A stretch of DNA of 64,000 nucleotides from Syntrophales bacterium. Lineage in GTDB: Bacteria > Desulfobacterota > Syntrophia > Syntrophales > UBA4778. Both the position numbers and the translations under genes were made by a program. The notes below the pieces were generated by a model. The model did no database searches and was not told the DNA's origin. It worked only from the letters and a program-made list of their open reading frames with translations. Numbering within the stretch: position 1 is the stretch's first letter; each line of letters begins with the position of its first letter. This document shows positions 38,922 through 48,557 of the stretch, one piece after another. The stretch lies in assembly GCA_963665615.2 (NCBI GenBank), contig CAXXQE010000008.1, positions 682,001 through 746,000 on the forward strand. The letters are read 5' to 3'.

Positions 38922-39755
38922 TCACTTCTTATAATACTGCAGCGCCTCGGGTATGAGCGCGCGGATGTCTTCAATCCGCGATTCCGGCGCCGGATGGGTG
39001 GAAAGCCATTCCGGGGGGCGCTGGCCTCCCTTCTGATTCATCCGCTCCCATAGCGCTATGGCCGCGTGCGGATCGTAACCGGCCATAGCCATCAGCGACA
39101 GGCCAATTCGGTCCGCCTCCGACTCCTGAATCCGGCTGTAAGGCAGGAGAAATCCGATATTGCTTCCAACCCCGTAAGCGCTCATGAAAATCTGCTGTGT
39201 GGCGGCCGGTTCATTGCTCAGAGCGAGCGAGAGGCCGATACCACCCAGTTGCACGAGCAGACCCTGACTCATCCGCTCGTCGCCATGGTGGGCCAGGGCG
39301 TGCGCCACCTCATGGGACACCACAACCGCCAGGCCCGTTTCATCCTGGGTCAGCGGCAGGATACCGGTGTAGACCGCCACCTTCCCGCCGGGCATACACC
39401 AGGCATTGATCGTCTTGTCGTCCTGAATCAGATTGAATTCCCATTGGAAGGTGCGAATGTCCGCTTCCCGTCCCTGCCGCGTCATGAATTCCGTCGCCGC
39501 CATGGAGATCCGGCCGCCGACGCGTTTCACCATCTGAACCTTGGCCTGATCGGTCGACAGCTTCGACTTTTTCAAAACGTCAACGTACTGCTGATCGGCC
39601 ATCGTCGCCAGTTCCGATGAGGACACGAGGCTCAGAGCCTGTCGGCCGGTCAGTGGAACCGTTTGACAACCGGCCAGCATGAAAGACAACGCAACTGCGA
39701 CAACCAGCTTCATCATGGGTGCTGCTATCTGTTTTCGGTGCTCGATCGTTTTCAT
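38922..39755 (-). CDS. M48 family lipoprotein metallopeptidase (Oma1/LoiP-like)
   Basis: Lipobox LAGC, NAWCMPGGK, SHEVAH, ESEAD, LSTHP. The real start overlaps the permease stop (ATGA). Confidence 0.9.
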   Translation of the reverse strand: MKTIEHRKQIAAPMMKLVVAVALSFMLAGCQTVPLTGRQALSLVSSSELATMADQQYVDVLKKSKLSTDQAKVQMVKRVGGRISMAATEFMTRQGREADIRTFQWEFNLIQDDKTINAWCMPGGKVAVYTGILPLTQDETGLAVVVSHEVAHALAHHGDERMSQGLLVQLGGIGLSLALSNEPAATQQIFMSAYGVGSNIGFLLPYSRIQESEADRIGLSLMAMAGYDPHAAIALWERMNQKGGQRPPEWLSTHPAPESRIEDIRALIPEALQYYKK

Positions 39756-41209
39756 ATCGTTCTCTCCTGTCGGGTGCGCCCATAAAAGAAGTAAATGGCA
39801 AGTCCTATCGCAAACCAGATCAGGAATCGCAACCAGGTGCCCAGCGGAAGCCCAACCATCTGAATGAGAGACAATGCCGCCCCGAGGATCGGCACCAGCG
39901 GGAACCAGGGGGTCTTGAAAGGACGATGGATTTCGGGGCGCTTGTAGCGCAGCACCAGGACACTGATGCAAACCAGTGTAAAGGCGAAGAGGGTGCCGAT
40001 CGAAACCATCTCGCCCAGAATGCCGATCGGAAGCGTCCCCCCAAGCACCATCGCCGCAAGTCCCGTAATGACGGTTGACAGGACCGGGGTCCGGAACCTG
40101 GGATGAATCGTGCGGAAGACACGGGGAAGCAGGTGATCGATCGCCATGGCAAAGAAGATGCGGGACTGCCCCAGGAGCATCACGAGCATCACGGAGCTCA
40201 GTCCCGCGATGGCCCCGATCTTGACGATCGGCCGCAGCCACGCCAGCGCAGGGCCGGCGGCATTCAGCGCCACGGCCATCGGGTCCGGAACGTTGAGTTG
40301 ATCGTAGCGGATCACCCCGGTCAGAACCAGCGCCACGATGATATACAGGATGGTGCTGATCCCGAGCGACAGCAGGATGCCGATCGGCATATCGCGCTGG
40401 GGATTCCTGGCCTCCTGTGCCGCCGTGGAGACCGCATCGAAGCCGAGATAGGCGAAGAAGACAACGGCTGCCCCGCGCAGTACGCCGCTCCAACCGAAAA
40501 GGCCGAACTCGCCCTTGTTTTCTGGAACAAAAGGGAGCCAGTTGCCACGCTGGACATACCAGAGCCCGAAGCCGATAAAGAGGACAATGGCCGCCACCTT
40601 TATGATGACGATCACCCGGTTGGTCGATGCGGACTCCCGGATCCCGATGGCCACCAGCCAGGCAATCACAGCGATGACCAGCACTGCCGGAAGATTGATC
40701 AGTGTGCCCGTCGCATGCCATCCGCTGCCCGCGACATAAGCGAGCGGCGCCCCGGCAACGCTTTCGGGTACCAGCATCCCGACATCCTTCAGAAAGCTCA
40801 CCATGTACCCTGACCAGCCAACAGAGACGGTCGATACGGCAAAGAGGTACTCCAGAATCAGATCCCAGCCGATGATCATCGCAAAGATTTCGCCGAGGGA
40901 CGCATAGGCATAATTGTAGGCGCCGCCCGCGGCCGGGATCATCGAGGCAAATTCCGCATAGCACAGCCCTGCCGTAACGCAGGCCGCTCCGGAAATCAGA
41001 AAGGACAGGATAATCGCCGGGCCGGCATACTGGGCCGCCGCCTGGCCCGTGATGACGAAGATGCCCGCCCCGATGATCGCGCCGACGCCCAGAAAGGTCA
41101 GGTCAATCGGACCGAGAATTCTCTTGAGGCTCTGCCCTGCGTGCTCCGCATCTGCTGGCTCATGCGAGATGGGTTTTTTGTAAAAAATACTGCGACGCGA
41201 CATAGGCAT
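39752..41209 (-). CDS. APC-family amino acid permease (cationic amino acid transporter-like)
   Basis: GAIIGAGIF, CYAEFAS, FFAYLGFDAVST; about 12 or more TM segments. Confidence 0.92.
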   Translation of the reverse strand: MPMSRRSIFYKKPISHEPADAEHAGQSLKRILGPIDLTFLGVGAIIGAGIFVITGQAAAQYAGPAIILSFLISGAACVTAGLCYAEFASMIPAAGGAYNYAYASLGEIFAMIIGWDLILEYLFAVSTVSVGWSGYMVSFLKDVGMLVPESVAGAPLAYVAGSGWHATGTLINLPAVLVIAVIAWLVAIGIRESASTNRVIVIIKVAAIVLFIGFGLWYVQRGNWLPFVPENKGEFGLFGWSGVLRGAAVVFFAYLGFDAVSTAAQEARNPQRDMPIGILLSLGISTILYIIVALVLTGVIRYDQLNVPDPMAVALNAAGPALAWLRPIVKIGAIAGLSSVMLVMLLGQSRIFFAMAIDHLLPRVFRTIHPRFRTPVLSTVITGLAAMVLGGTLPIGILGEMVSIGTLFAFTLVCISVLVLRYKRPEIHRPFKTPWFPLVPILGAALSLIQMVGLPLGTWLRFLIWFAIGLAIYFFYGRTRQERTI

Positions 41210-41428
41210 TCATCCTTCGATTGGATTTCTTCAGGTTTGCGCCATCGGGCGCTGCCGGTTTTTCTCTTATGTCGGTTCGATCTGATGGATCAGCCGCATT
41301 CCCGGCACATCCACCTCAAAACAGGGGATCGACGAACCGTGCAGGCTGCCGATATAGGCCGCCATAACCCCTTACGGCCGCAGCAGACCGCTGCCGATTG
41401 TCCGGACGCTGTCAAATCGGGATAGGCA

Positions 41429-42613
41429 TCAGCAGCGTTCCAGGATCGTCGCCAATCCCTGACCGCCGCCGATACAGAGCGACAGCATGGCGTATCGTCC
41501 GCCGCTGCGCTGGAGCGCCCCGAGGGCGGACAGCGTCATGCGGACGCCGGTCATACCGTTGGGATGGCCGAAGGCAATGGCCCCGCCGTTCGGGTTGAGT
41601 CGTTCCGGATCGATGTTATAGCCCTGTTGCGCCAACGCCTTTTCACAGGCGAGGACCTGCGCGGCAAAGGCCTCGTTGATTTCAAACACGTCCATCTGTT
41701 GCATGGTCAGTCCCGCGCGCTGCAAGACCTTCGGGATCGCGAAGGCCGGGCCGATTCCCATGATCTTGGGATCGACACCGACAACGCCGCAGGTGACCCA
41801 GCGCGCCAGCGGTTCGTAACCGAGCGACCGGGCCCGCTCCAGGGTCATGACGAGAACCGCCGCCGCACCGTCGTTGCGGGCCGATGAATTTCCGGCTGTT
41901 ACGCTCCCACCCGTCTTGAAGACAGGAGACAGCGCTGCCAGTTGTGCAAGATCCGTCTCTCGCGGGTGTTCGTCCGCGTCGAAAACGAGAAAACCTTTTT
42001 TCTGCGGGACCGTGAGGGGAAGGATTTCGTCTTTAAACCGACCGTCCACGATTGCGCGCCAGGCGCGCTGCTGGCTCCGCAGGGCATAGGCGTCCTGCGC
42101 CTCCCGCGATATCTCATACTGCACGGCCAGGTTTTCGGCCGTCATGCCCATAACCAGTTGATCGGCCGGATCGGAGGCGAGTTCGCGGACAATGATCTTC
42201 GGGGGCGTAAGCGAATAGGCCTCGCTGGCCCTGGGCAGCATCCAGGGCGTCTGGCTCCAACTCTCCATCCCGCCTGCGATATAGATCTCACCCAGCCCTG
42301 CCATGATCTGAGTCGCGGCGAGGTTGATTGCCTGAAGCCCGGAGGAGCACTGGCGTTCCACTGTCATGCCGGGAAGGCCGTAAGGCAGACCCGCCTTCAG
42401 GACGGCCCACCGCGCCGGGTTGTAGGCGGCGTGCCAGGAATTCGACAGCCCCATGATCACATCTTCGACGCAAGCGGGATCGATGCCTGTCCGCTCCACC
42501 AGACCCCGCAGGGCAAAGGCCCCCAACTCCTCCGGTCGATAGCGTGCCAATGCGCCGCCGAGGCGGCCGATGGCAGTGCGCACGCCGGCCACAATCACGA
42601 TTTCTTTCATCAT
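41429..42613 (-). CDS. Thiolase (acetyl-CoA C-acyltransferase)
   Basis: RQCSSG, NEAFA, GHPNG, LCIGGGQG. Start placed at MMKEIV. Confidence 0.93.
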   Translation of the reverse strand: MMKEIVIVAGVRTAIGRLGGALARYRPEELGAFALRGLVERTGIDPACVEDVIMGLSNSWHAAYNPARWAVLKAGLPYGLPGMTVERQCSSGLQAINLAATQIMAGLGEIYIAGGMESWSQTPWMLPRASEAYSLTPPKIIVRELASDPADQLVMGMTAENLAVQYEISREAQDAYALRSQQRAWRAIVDGRFKDEILPLTVPQKKGFLVFDADEHPRETDLAQLAALSPVFKTGGSVTAGNSSARNDGAAAVLVMTLERARSLGYEPLARWVTCGVVGVDPKIMGIGPAFAIPKVLQRAGLTMQQMDVFEINEAFAAQVLACEKALAQQGYNIDPERLNPNGGAIAFGHPNGMTGVRMTLSALGALQRSGGRYAMLSLCIGGGQGLATILERC

Positions 42614-42859
42614 CTCAATTCCGCAAGGAGATAAAACCTGCCGCAAAGCGCAGCAGGCCTTTGCGGCGGCGAAAGTATAGAAAAGTGAATCGGTTGTGTC
42701 AATTGTTAACGGTGTTATCCCTGTCGCTTTTGAAGGGTCGCGAAGCCCGATAAAGGGACAGCCCTCTCCGAGATGGGCAAGCGCTAAGACGCAACCATTG
42801 ATTTTGAGACGTAAGATGAAGATTGGCAAAAGACAACGGGCCGTGCGGTGCCTTTGGCT

Positions 42860-43432
42860 CTATAAATAAGGCGATTCGCCTTGACAGGCCCTGCAGCGGT
42901 CGCCATGTTTGACGGGATAGGGCTCACCGCAGGTCGAGCAGGCGATAACCGGCCCCATTTTCCCCCGGCGGAGCGCTTCGGGATCGACTTTGACGCGCTG
43001 CATGCTGAGCAGGTTGTGGCCGGCTTCCTTGATCTGATCGAGAAGGCGTTGCAGATCCTGCTCTTTTTTGGTCTTCATTTTGAGGAACCAGGCATTGACC
43101 TCCTGATACTTTTGGAGCTTCTCCATGTCCAGATAAACGCGGATACCCTCGCCGCTTTTTTTCTCATAGAGGGTGACGGCGAAACGCCCGAAATCCAAAA
43201 TGGTAAGCCAGCCGTTGCCAATCGTACAGGGGGTCAGTAGTTGGACAGAATCGGGCAGGCAGACAGGCGTCTCGCAGATAGCGTCGAAGAACTCCCCTTC
43301 GGGAAGATTTTTCAGTGCCAGATCGACAATGAAACCTCCAAGGAGGAGGCCCGGTGCCAGAGAGCCATGGAAGGATTTCGCCAGATCGACATACGCATCA
43401 TATGAATGAGTACCGATGTTCATAAAACTCAA
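42860..43432 (-). CDS. FmdE/FwdE-family protein with C-terminal Zn finger
   Basis: FHGSLAPG, CETPVCLPD, CTIGNG, CSTCGE...CRAC. Confidence 0.85.
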   Translation of the reverse strand: MSFMNIGTHSYDAYVDLAKSFHGSLAPGLLLGGFIVDLALKNLPEGEFFDAICETPVCLPDSVQLLTPCTIGNGWLTILDFGRFAVTLYEKKSGEGIRVYLDMEKLQKYQEVNAWFLKMKTKKEQDLQRLLDQIKEAGHNLLSMQRVKVDPEALRRGKMGPVIACSTCGEPYPVKHGDRCRACQGESPYL

Positions 43433-43706
43433 GCTCCTTTGGCGTTAGCAGACGCGGGACAATCGGGGTGTTTCCGTGTTTCTCGTTTTCCGCGTGGTTG
43501 TATAGGCCGTTGACAACGTCTACCGATCAATGCTTACTAATTACACCGGTGGCGGGAAGGATGTCAACAATGACGATCTTTTCCGGCAACTGCGCCGAAA
43601 TTATCGGTGATCGTCTTGATGGTGCTTTGGGTTAGGGGAAAAATCATTAAGATTATTTCCTCATAAACTCGTTGTCTTGACGCATCATTGATCTGTCCCA
43701 ATAAGT

Positions 43707-43893
43707 TGTCCATATTATTTACAGTCCGAGTTTTACGCTAAGTGTTTGATTATGTGTTAACTTTTGTAAAGCAAGGAGTTGAGGGGCAACTTGTAACTGT
43801 AAAACAATATTACATTTTCCTCATAATGTCATTGTGTTATTTCTTATTTTCCCTTTAATTTTGCCTTGTTGAAGACATGGCCTATTATTTGCT
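43707..43893 (+). promoter_or_regulatory. Sigma54 promoter with two TGT-N11-ACA enhancer sites and an IHF site
   Basis: TGT-N11-ACA at 43707-43723 and 43798-43814; AATCAAACACTTA (minus strand, 43739-43751) matches WATCAANNNNTTR; TGGCCT-N5-TTGCT at 43878-43893. Confidence 0.78.
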
Positions 43894-43935
43894 AATGTCT
43901 GACATATCTTTTTATTAATCATTAGGGGGAGAAAT

Positions 43936-44763
43936 ATGAAGAAAACCATTGTGATAACCATAATGCTCCTGTTGCTGGCCGCATCAAGCGCGTTTGCGGA
44001 ACGGACATTCAAAGTTGCAGAGGGCACCCTGCCATCCGCGGGCAACGAAGTGTCGGATCCTTACATATTCTACAATCTTAACAATAGCAATCTGAAGCCC
44101 GACGGATGGAATCTGGTCAGTCCGCATGCTAATTTGGGGTATAGCTATGCCGTGGACATGTCTCAACTGACGAAGAGTCAACTTTTAGACTACGATCTGA
44201 TCTTTCTGACGAACCACCAGCCTACGAACTTTTCTAATACGGACAGAGACAATGTCAGGGATTGGATTGCGGCGGGCGGGACCCTTTGGATCGACGACTG
44301 CGGAAATATGAAGCCGTCCAACTTTTTCCTGAATTTCTCCTTTAACAGCTACGCCGCCGGCCCTAGCTATGGCGCAAAGGTCGCTACAAACCCGAATCAC
44401 TACTTTTTCAAGAACGAATTTACCCTGACGGCTGCAGAAATCGCCCATCTGGGCAATGACGGGTACTACAGCTATGTTTATGGGTTTGATGAGAATGCCT
44501 GGACGATTTTGCTCAATGATGCCGGTCAACCCGATATGCTGTACACCACTTACGGAAAGGGCAGGATCATTGTTTCGGCCGACGATTACGGCTGCGCGAT
44601 CAATGAACAGGGAAGCGAGGTTGATTACAAGCTTGCCTATAACATTCTGAAATGGGCCCAGGAAAATCCGGAGCCCCCTGGCAGGGTCCCGGAACCGACG
44701 ACACTGATCCTGCTAGGTCTTGGTTTGGCGGGGCTTACCGGAGTGAGGACGTTCAGAAAGTAA
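43936..44763 (+). CDS. Secreted PEP-CTERM protein with a DUF4159-like domain
   Basis: Signal peptide; YDLIFLTNH...GGTLWIDDC; C-terminal VPEPTTLILLGLGLAGLTGVRTFRK. Confidence 0.85.
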   Translation: MKKTIVITIMLLLLAASSAFAERTFKVAEGTLPSAGNEVSDPYIFYNLNNSNLKPDGWNLVSPHANLGYSYAVDMSQLTKSQLLDYDLIFLTNHQPTNFSNTDRDNVRDWIAAGGTLWIDDCGNMKPSNFFLNFSFNSYAAGPSYGAKVATNPNHYFFKNEFTLTAAEIAHLGNDGYYSYVYGFDENAWTILLNDAGQPDMLYTTYGKGRIIVSADDYGCAINEQGSEVDYKLAYNILKWAQENPEPPGRVPEPTTLILLGLGLAGLTGVRTFRK

Positions 44764-44782
44764 TAATGCGTTGTTCAAGAGG

Positions 44783-44817
44783 AAAAGGCGGGACTGAGAA
44801 GATCCTGCCTTTTTTTC
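44783..44817. terminator. Intrinsic terminator
   Basis: AAAAGGCGGGA...TCCTGCCTTTTTTT. Confidence 0.7.
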
Positions 44818-44830
44818 TGACAACATTTTT

Positions 44831-46210
44831 TTAGATTTCAAAAACATCATCCCGCTCCGGTACATGTGTCACCAGTCCGAGCCGCTCCTTGACGATCTTC
44901 TCGAAATCGAGGGCTGCGCTTTCCTCTCCGTGGACGATGAACACCTCCGGATGATTCTTGAAACCCCGGAGCCATTCCAGAAGCTCGCTCTGATCCGCGT
45001 GTGCGGAAAAGCCGCCGATCGTGTGAATTGAGGCGCGAACGGCGATATTTTCACCCAGCAGGTTGACCATTTCGGCGCCTTCAACCAGTTTGCGTCCTAG
45101 CGTTCCCTCTGCCTGGTATCCCACAAACACGACACTGCACTCCGGCCGCCAGAGGTTATGCTTTAGATGATGCCGGATTCTGCCACCCTCGCACATGCCC
45201 CCGCCGGCGATAATAACCACGCCGGACCGGATATGGTTGATTTTCTGGGAAGCCTCCATGGATGATGTGAAATGCAGTTTCAGTCCCCCCATTTTCTTTT
45301 GCTTGAAGAGTTTCAGCGCTTCGTCGTCGAAGTACTCAGGATGGGCCAGATAGATCTTGGTTGCCTCTTCGGCCAGCGGGCTGTCGACATAGACGTCCAC
45401 CGCCTCGAGCTTTTTCTCGCGAACAAGTTGATTGAGCGTATAAAGGATATCCTGTGTTCTTCCGATGGCGAAAGAGGGGATGAGGACATTGCCCCGGCGG
45501 TGAAATGTTGTTTCGATAACGTCTCGGAGTTCGTCGACGCTCTCTTCGGTGCCGCGGTGATTGCGGTTGCCATAGGTTGATTCAATGATCACATAATCCG
45601 CGTGTGTCGTGTGCTCCGGATCCTTAATGATGGGGCTGTTCTTTTTGCCAACGTCGCCGGAAAAGATAACCGTCTTATCGCCGTTGTCTGTAGCATAGAT
45701 GAGCTCAAGGGAAGCCGAACCGAGAATGTGGCCAGCGTCGGTAAAGCGGTATCGCAGTCCTTTCGTCAGAATCTGAGGTGTGCCGTAAAATGTGCGTTCA
45801 ATCAGCGGCAACATGTCCAGCACATCGGCCGACGTGTAAGGTGGCTCCACCTTTTCCCTGCGTCCAGCCCGGAAATTTTTCCGCGTCTGCCATTCAGCGT
45901 CCGATTCCTGGATATGCGCAGAATCCAGCAACATCACCTCGATGAGGTCGGCAGTTGCAGACGTCGTGATAATCTTCCCCCGAAAACCCATCTTGACGAG
46001 TTTGGGGAGCATCCCCGAGTGGTCGATGTGGGCGTGTGTCAGAAAAACGCAGTCAATCGCTCCAGGATCGAAGGGGAAGGTCTCCCGAGCCTCTTTTGCG
46101 TGTTTGCCCTGATGCATGCCGCAGTCCACCAGAAACCGGACGTTTCCGAAAGTCACATGATAGCAGGAACCTGTTACTTCACGGGCCGCTCCTAGAAAGG
46201 TTATCTTCAT
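44831..46210 (-). CDS. MBL-fold/beta-CASP ribonuclease
   Basis: THAHIDHSG, AGHILGS, ESTYG, FSAHAD, VHGE. Confidence 0.92.
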   Translation of the reverse strand: MKITFLGAAREVTGSCYHVTFGNVRFLVDCGMHQGKHAKEARETFPFDPGAIDCVFLTHAHIDHSGMLPKLVKMGFRGKIITTSATADLIEVMLLDSAHIQESDAEWQTRKNFRAGRREKVEPPYTSADVLDMLPLIERTFYGTPQILTKGLRYRFTDAGHILGSASLELIYATDNGDKTVIFSGDVGKKNSPIIKDPEHTTHADYVIIESTYGNRNHRGTEESVDELRDVIETTFHRRGNVLIPSFAIGRTQDILYTLNQLVREKKLEAVDVYVDSPLAEEATKIYLAHPEYFDDEALKLFKQKKMGGLKLHFTSSMEASQKINHIRSGVVIIAGGGMCEGGRIRHHLKHNLWRPECSVVFVGYQAEGTLGRKLVEGAEMVNLLGENIAVRASIHTIGGFSAHADQSELLEWLRGFKNHPEVFIVHGEESAALDFEKIVKERLGLVTHVPERDDVFEI

Positions 46211-46232
46211 CCTGGCTTCCTCTTTCTATTTT

Positions 46233-46895
46233 CTATAGCGCAGTGTGTGGTTTGTTACGTTTCCTCTTCAGTCCGTTCAAAAAACTGATGATTCCCGGCA
46301 TCAGAGATATCAGGATAATCGCCATGATGACAAGGGTGAAGTTATTATGGACCACCGGGATGTTGCCGAAAAAATACCCGCCGAGAATGAACGCCGGTAT
46401 CCATAACGCCGTGCCAATGATGCTGAAGGACAGAAAGCGCCTGTACCGCATGGTTCCGATTCCGGCGACAAAAGGGGCGAAGGTGCGAATGATGGGAAGA
46501 AATCTGGCAACGATGATCGTTTTGCTTCCGTAGCGTTCGTAAAAGGCGTGCGTTCGGTCGAGATATTCACGGTTGAGGAATCGTGAATGCTCCTTATGGA
46601 AGATCCGTGGACCGATTAGTCGTCCGATCCAGTAGTTTGTAGAATCTCCCGCGATAACGGCGAGGGCCAATGCCGCCATGACCCATTCCAACTGGAAAGA
46701 ACCGAGGGCGGTAAAAGTGCCAACGGCAAATAGCAGCGAGTCGCCTGGGAGAAAAGGGGTGACCACCAGGCCTGTCTCGCAGAAGAGGATAACGATGAGA
46801 ATAGCGTAGGTCCATACCCCGTAAGTTCGGATGATTAAATCCAAGTGCCTGTCCAGATGGATGAAGACGTCGACAAAGTAAAGAAGCAAATCCAT
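46233..46895 (-). CDS. DedA family membrane protein
   Basis: ETGLVVTPFLPGDSLLF, ARFLPIIRTFAPFVAG. Confidence 0.93.
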   Translation of the reverse strand: MDLLLYFVDVFIHLDRHLDLIIRTYGVWTYAILIVILFCETGLVVTPFLPGDSLLFAVGTFTALGSFQLEWVMAALALAVIAGDSTNYWIGRLIGPRIFHKEHSRFLNREYLDRTHAFYERYGSKTIIVARFLPIIRTFAPFVAGIGTMRYRRFLSFSIIGTALWIPAFILGGYFFGNIPVVHNNFTLVIMAIILISLMPGIISFLNGLKRKRNKPHTAL

Positions 46896-47066
46896 AAGCG
46901 GGTTACCAGGTCATGATGTATGATTTTACAGCTGCCCGTTTCGCAGACGAAACGCGAGCATTTTTGATAACCTGCCTTGAAAAGTCAAGGGATTTAGATC
47001 AAATTGACTTTGGACGGGATGGGGTGATAAAGTGCCCCAGACTTTCAAATACGGGAACGGAATGAC

Positions 47067-48542
47067 ATGACGTACGCCAGGGCTATCTTTATCAATATCG
47101 TTACATTTAAATGGTTCAGAAACTTTTTCTTGAACCTTTCATTGAATAAAAAGCTCATTGCCATGATGCTTTTCCTGAGTGCAATTCTTTTATCCGTCTT
47201 TCTGGTCTTGCAGTTCCAAGCCGAGCAGGCCTTAATCAAGGAGTTCGAAAAGCAGACGGAAGACCTCTCCAAGGCTATTCAGGTCGGGGTCGAGAAAGTA
47301 ACGGCCGATAACATCGGTGCGAAGTCGGGGGTGGAGCAGTACATCAAGACACTGAAGTCAAAAGGGATCAAGGAAATATCGGTCATCAGCAATGACGAGG
47401 AAATTGTGGCCAGTTCTAACCCCAACAAGGTTGGTTTGATCGTCAGCCCGCATAGGAAGGAACTCATTATTAAAGCACAACTGGGGGAACAGGTTTCCTC
47501 GGAGGGTAAGACCTATAATGTCATGATCCCGGTCATTGCCGGTCAGACCCGCTACGGCTATATTCATCTGCAGATTAACGCTGAAGACATTTCGGAAGCG
47601 CAACGCCACAACAGCATTAAGCGTATCATTGCCGTCTTGACCGTTTTTGCCCTGGGGATGGCCCTTTCCATCTTTCTGGCTTTTCGGTATACAGGGCCGA
47701 TTCATAATGTCGTCGAGGCGGCCCGGCGCGTGGCGGCGGGTGATCTCAATCAGAGCTTGCCCGTTGATCGAAAGGATGAGATCGGAGATCTCACTCAGAG
47801 TTTCAATTTCATGGTGGAGAAGTTACGCGAGGAACGTCAGCTGGAAGAGAGGCTTCGCGAGGCAGAGCATCTTTCCGCCGTTGGGCAGCTGTCGCGAAAT
47901 ATTGCTCACGAAATCCGCAATCCCCTGAACTACATCAGCCTTTGCATCGATCACATCAAAGAGAAATACCGGCCAGAAGGAAAGACTCAAGCAGGTGATT
48001 TTGAAACGCTGATTTCGTCATTGAAACTGGAAATTCACAGGCTAGACAAACTCGTCAGTGATTTTCTCAATTACGGAAAGCCCCTGAAGCTCAATATCCG
48101 CCAGACTAATATTCGACAACTGCTCCATGACGTTCTGGCCATCGTCAATGTTAAAGCGCAGTCCGATAAAGTCGCTATTGTTAAGGAACTCAACTATGTT
48201 CCCGATTTGATGCTCGATGTCGAGCTCATGAAAACCTGCATCTTCAATATTATTATCAATTCCTTCCAGGCCATGTCGGATGGCGGGATTCTGCGCATCA
48301 AGGCAGAAAAAGATGACGGGAAATTTGTTCTGAATATCAGCGATACAGGAACCGGCATCTCCAAAGAGAGCCTGTCCAAGATCTTTGAACCGTTTTACAC
48401 AACGAAGCACAATGGGCTTGGTCTCGGCTTAGCTATTACACGACGAGTTATAGAAGAGCACGGCGGAAAAATCGATGTGACCAGCATCGAGGGAGTCGGG
48501 AGCCAGGTAACGATTACATTGCCGATCGAACAGCAGGCATAG
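47067..48542 (+). CDS. Membrane HAMP-domain sensor histidine kinase
   Basis: 2 TM, HAMP, AHEIRNPL, DTGTG, GLGLGL. Confidence 0.92.
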   Translation: MTYARAIFINIVTFKWFRNFFLNLSLNKKLIAMMLFLSAILLSVFLVLQFQAEQALIKEFEKQTEDLSKAIQVGVEKVTADNIGAKSGVEQYIKTLKSKGIKEISVISNDEEIVASSNPNKVGLIVSPHRKELIIKAQLGEQVSSEGKTYNVMIPVIAGQTRYGYIHLQINAEDISEAQRHNSIKRIIAVLTVFALGMALSIFLAFRYTGPIHNVVEAARRVAAGDLNQSLPVDRKDEIGDLTQSFNFMVEKLREERQLEERLREAEHLSAVGQLSRNIAHEIRNPLNYISLCIDHIKEKYRPEGKTQAGDFETLISSLKLEIHRLDKLVSDFLNYGKPLKLNIRQTNIRQLLHDVLAIVNVKAQSDKVAIVKELNYVPDLMLDVELMKTCIFNIIINSFQAMSDGGILRIKAEKDDGKFVLNISDTGTGISKESLSKIFEPFYTTKHNGLGLGLAITRRVIEEHGGKIDVTSIEGVGSQVTITLPIEQQA

Positions 48543-48557
48543 AGGGATTCACTGAAA

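Noticed and set aside
39756..40964. 680-aa ORF 38922-40964 as one long protein
   Set aside because: The N-terminal ~400 aa is an off-frame overlap of the permease; the real M48 lipoprotein starts at about 39755.
43433..43700. Moco/tungsten or cobalamin riboswitch upstream of fmdE
   Set aside because: I could not match the conserved cores by eye; an Infernal/Rfam scan would be needed.
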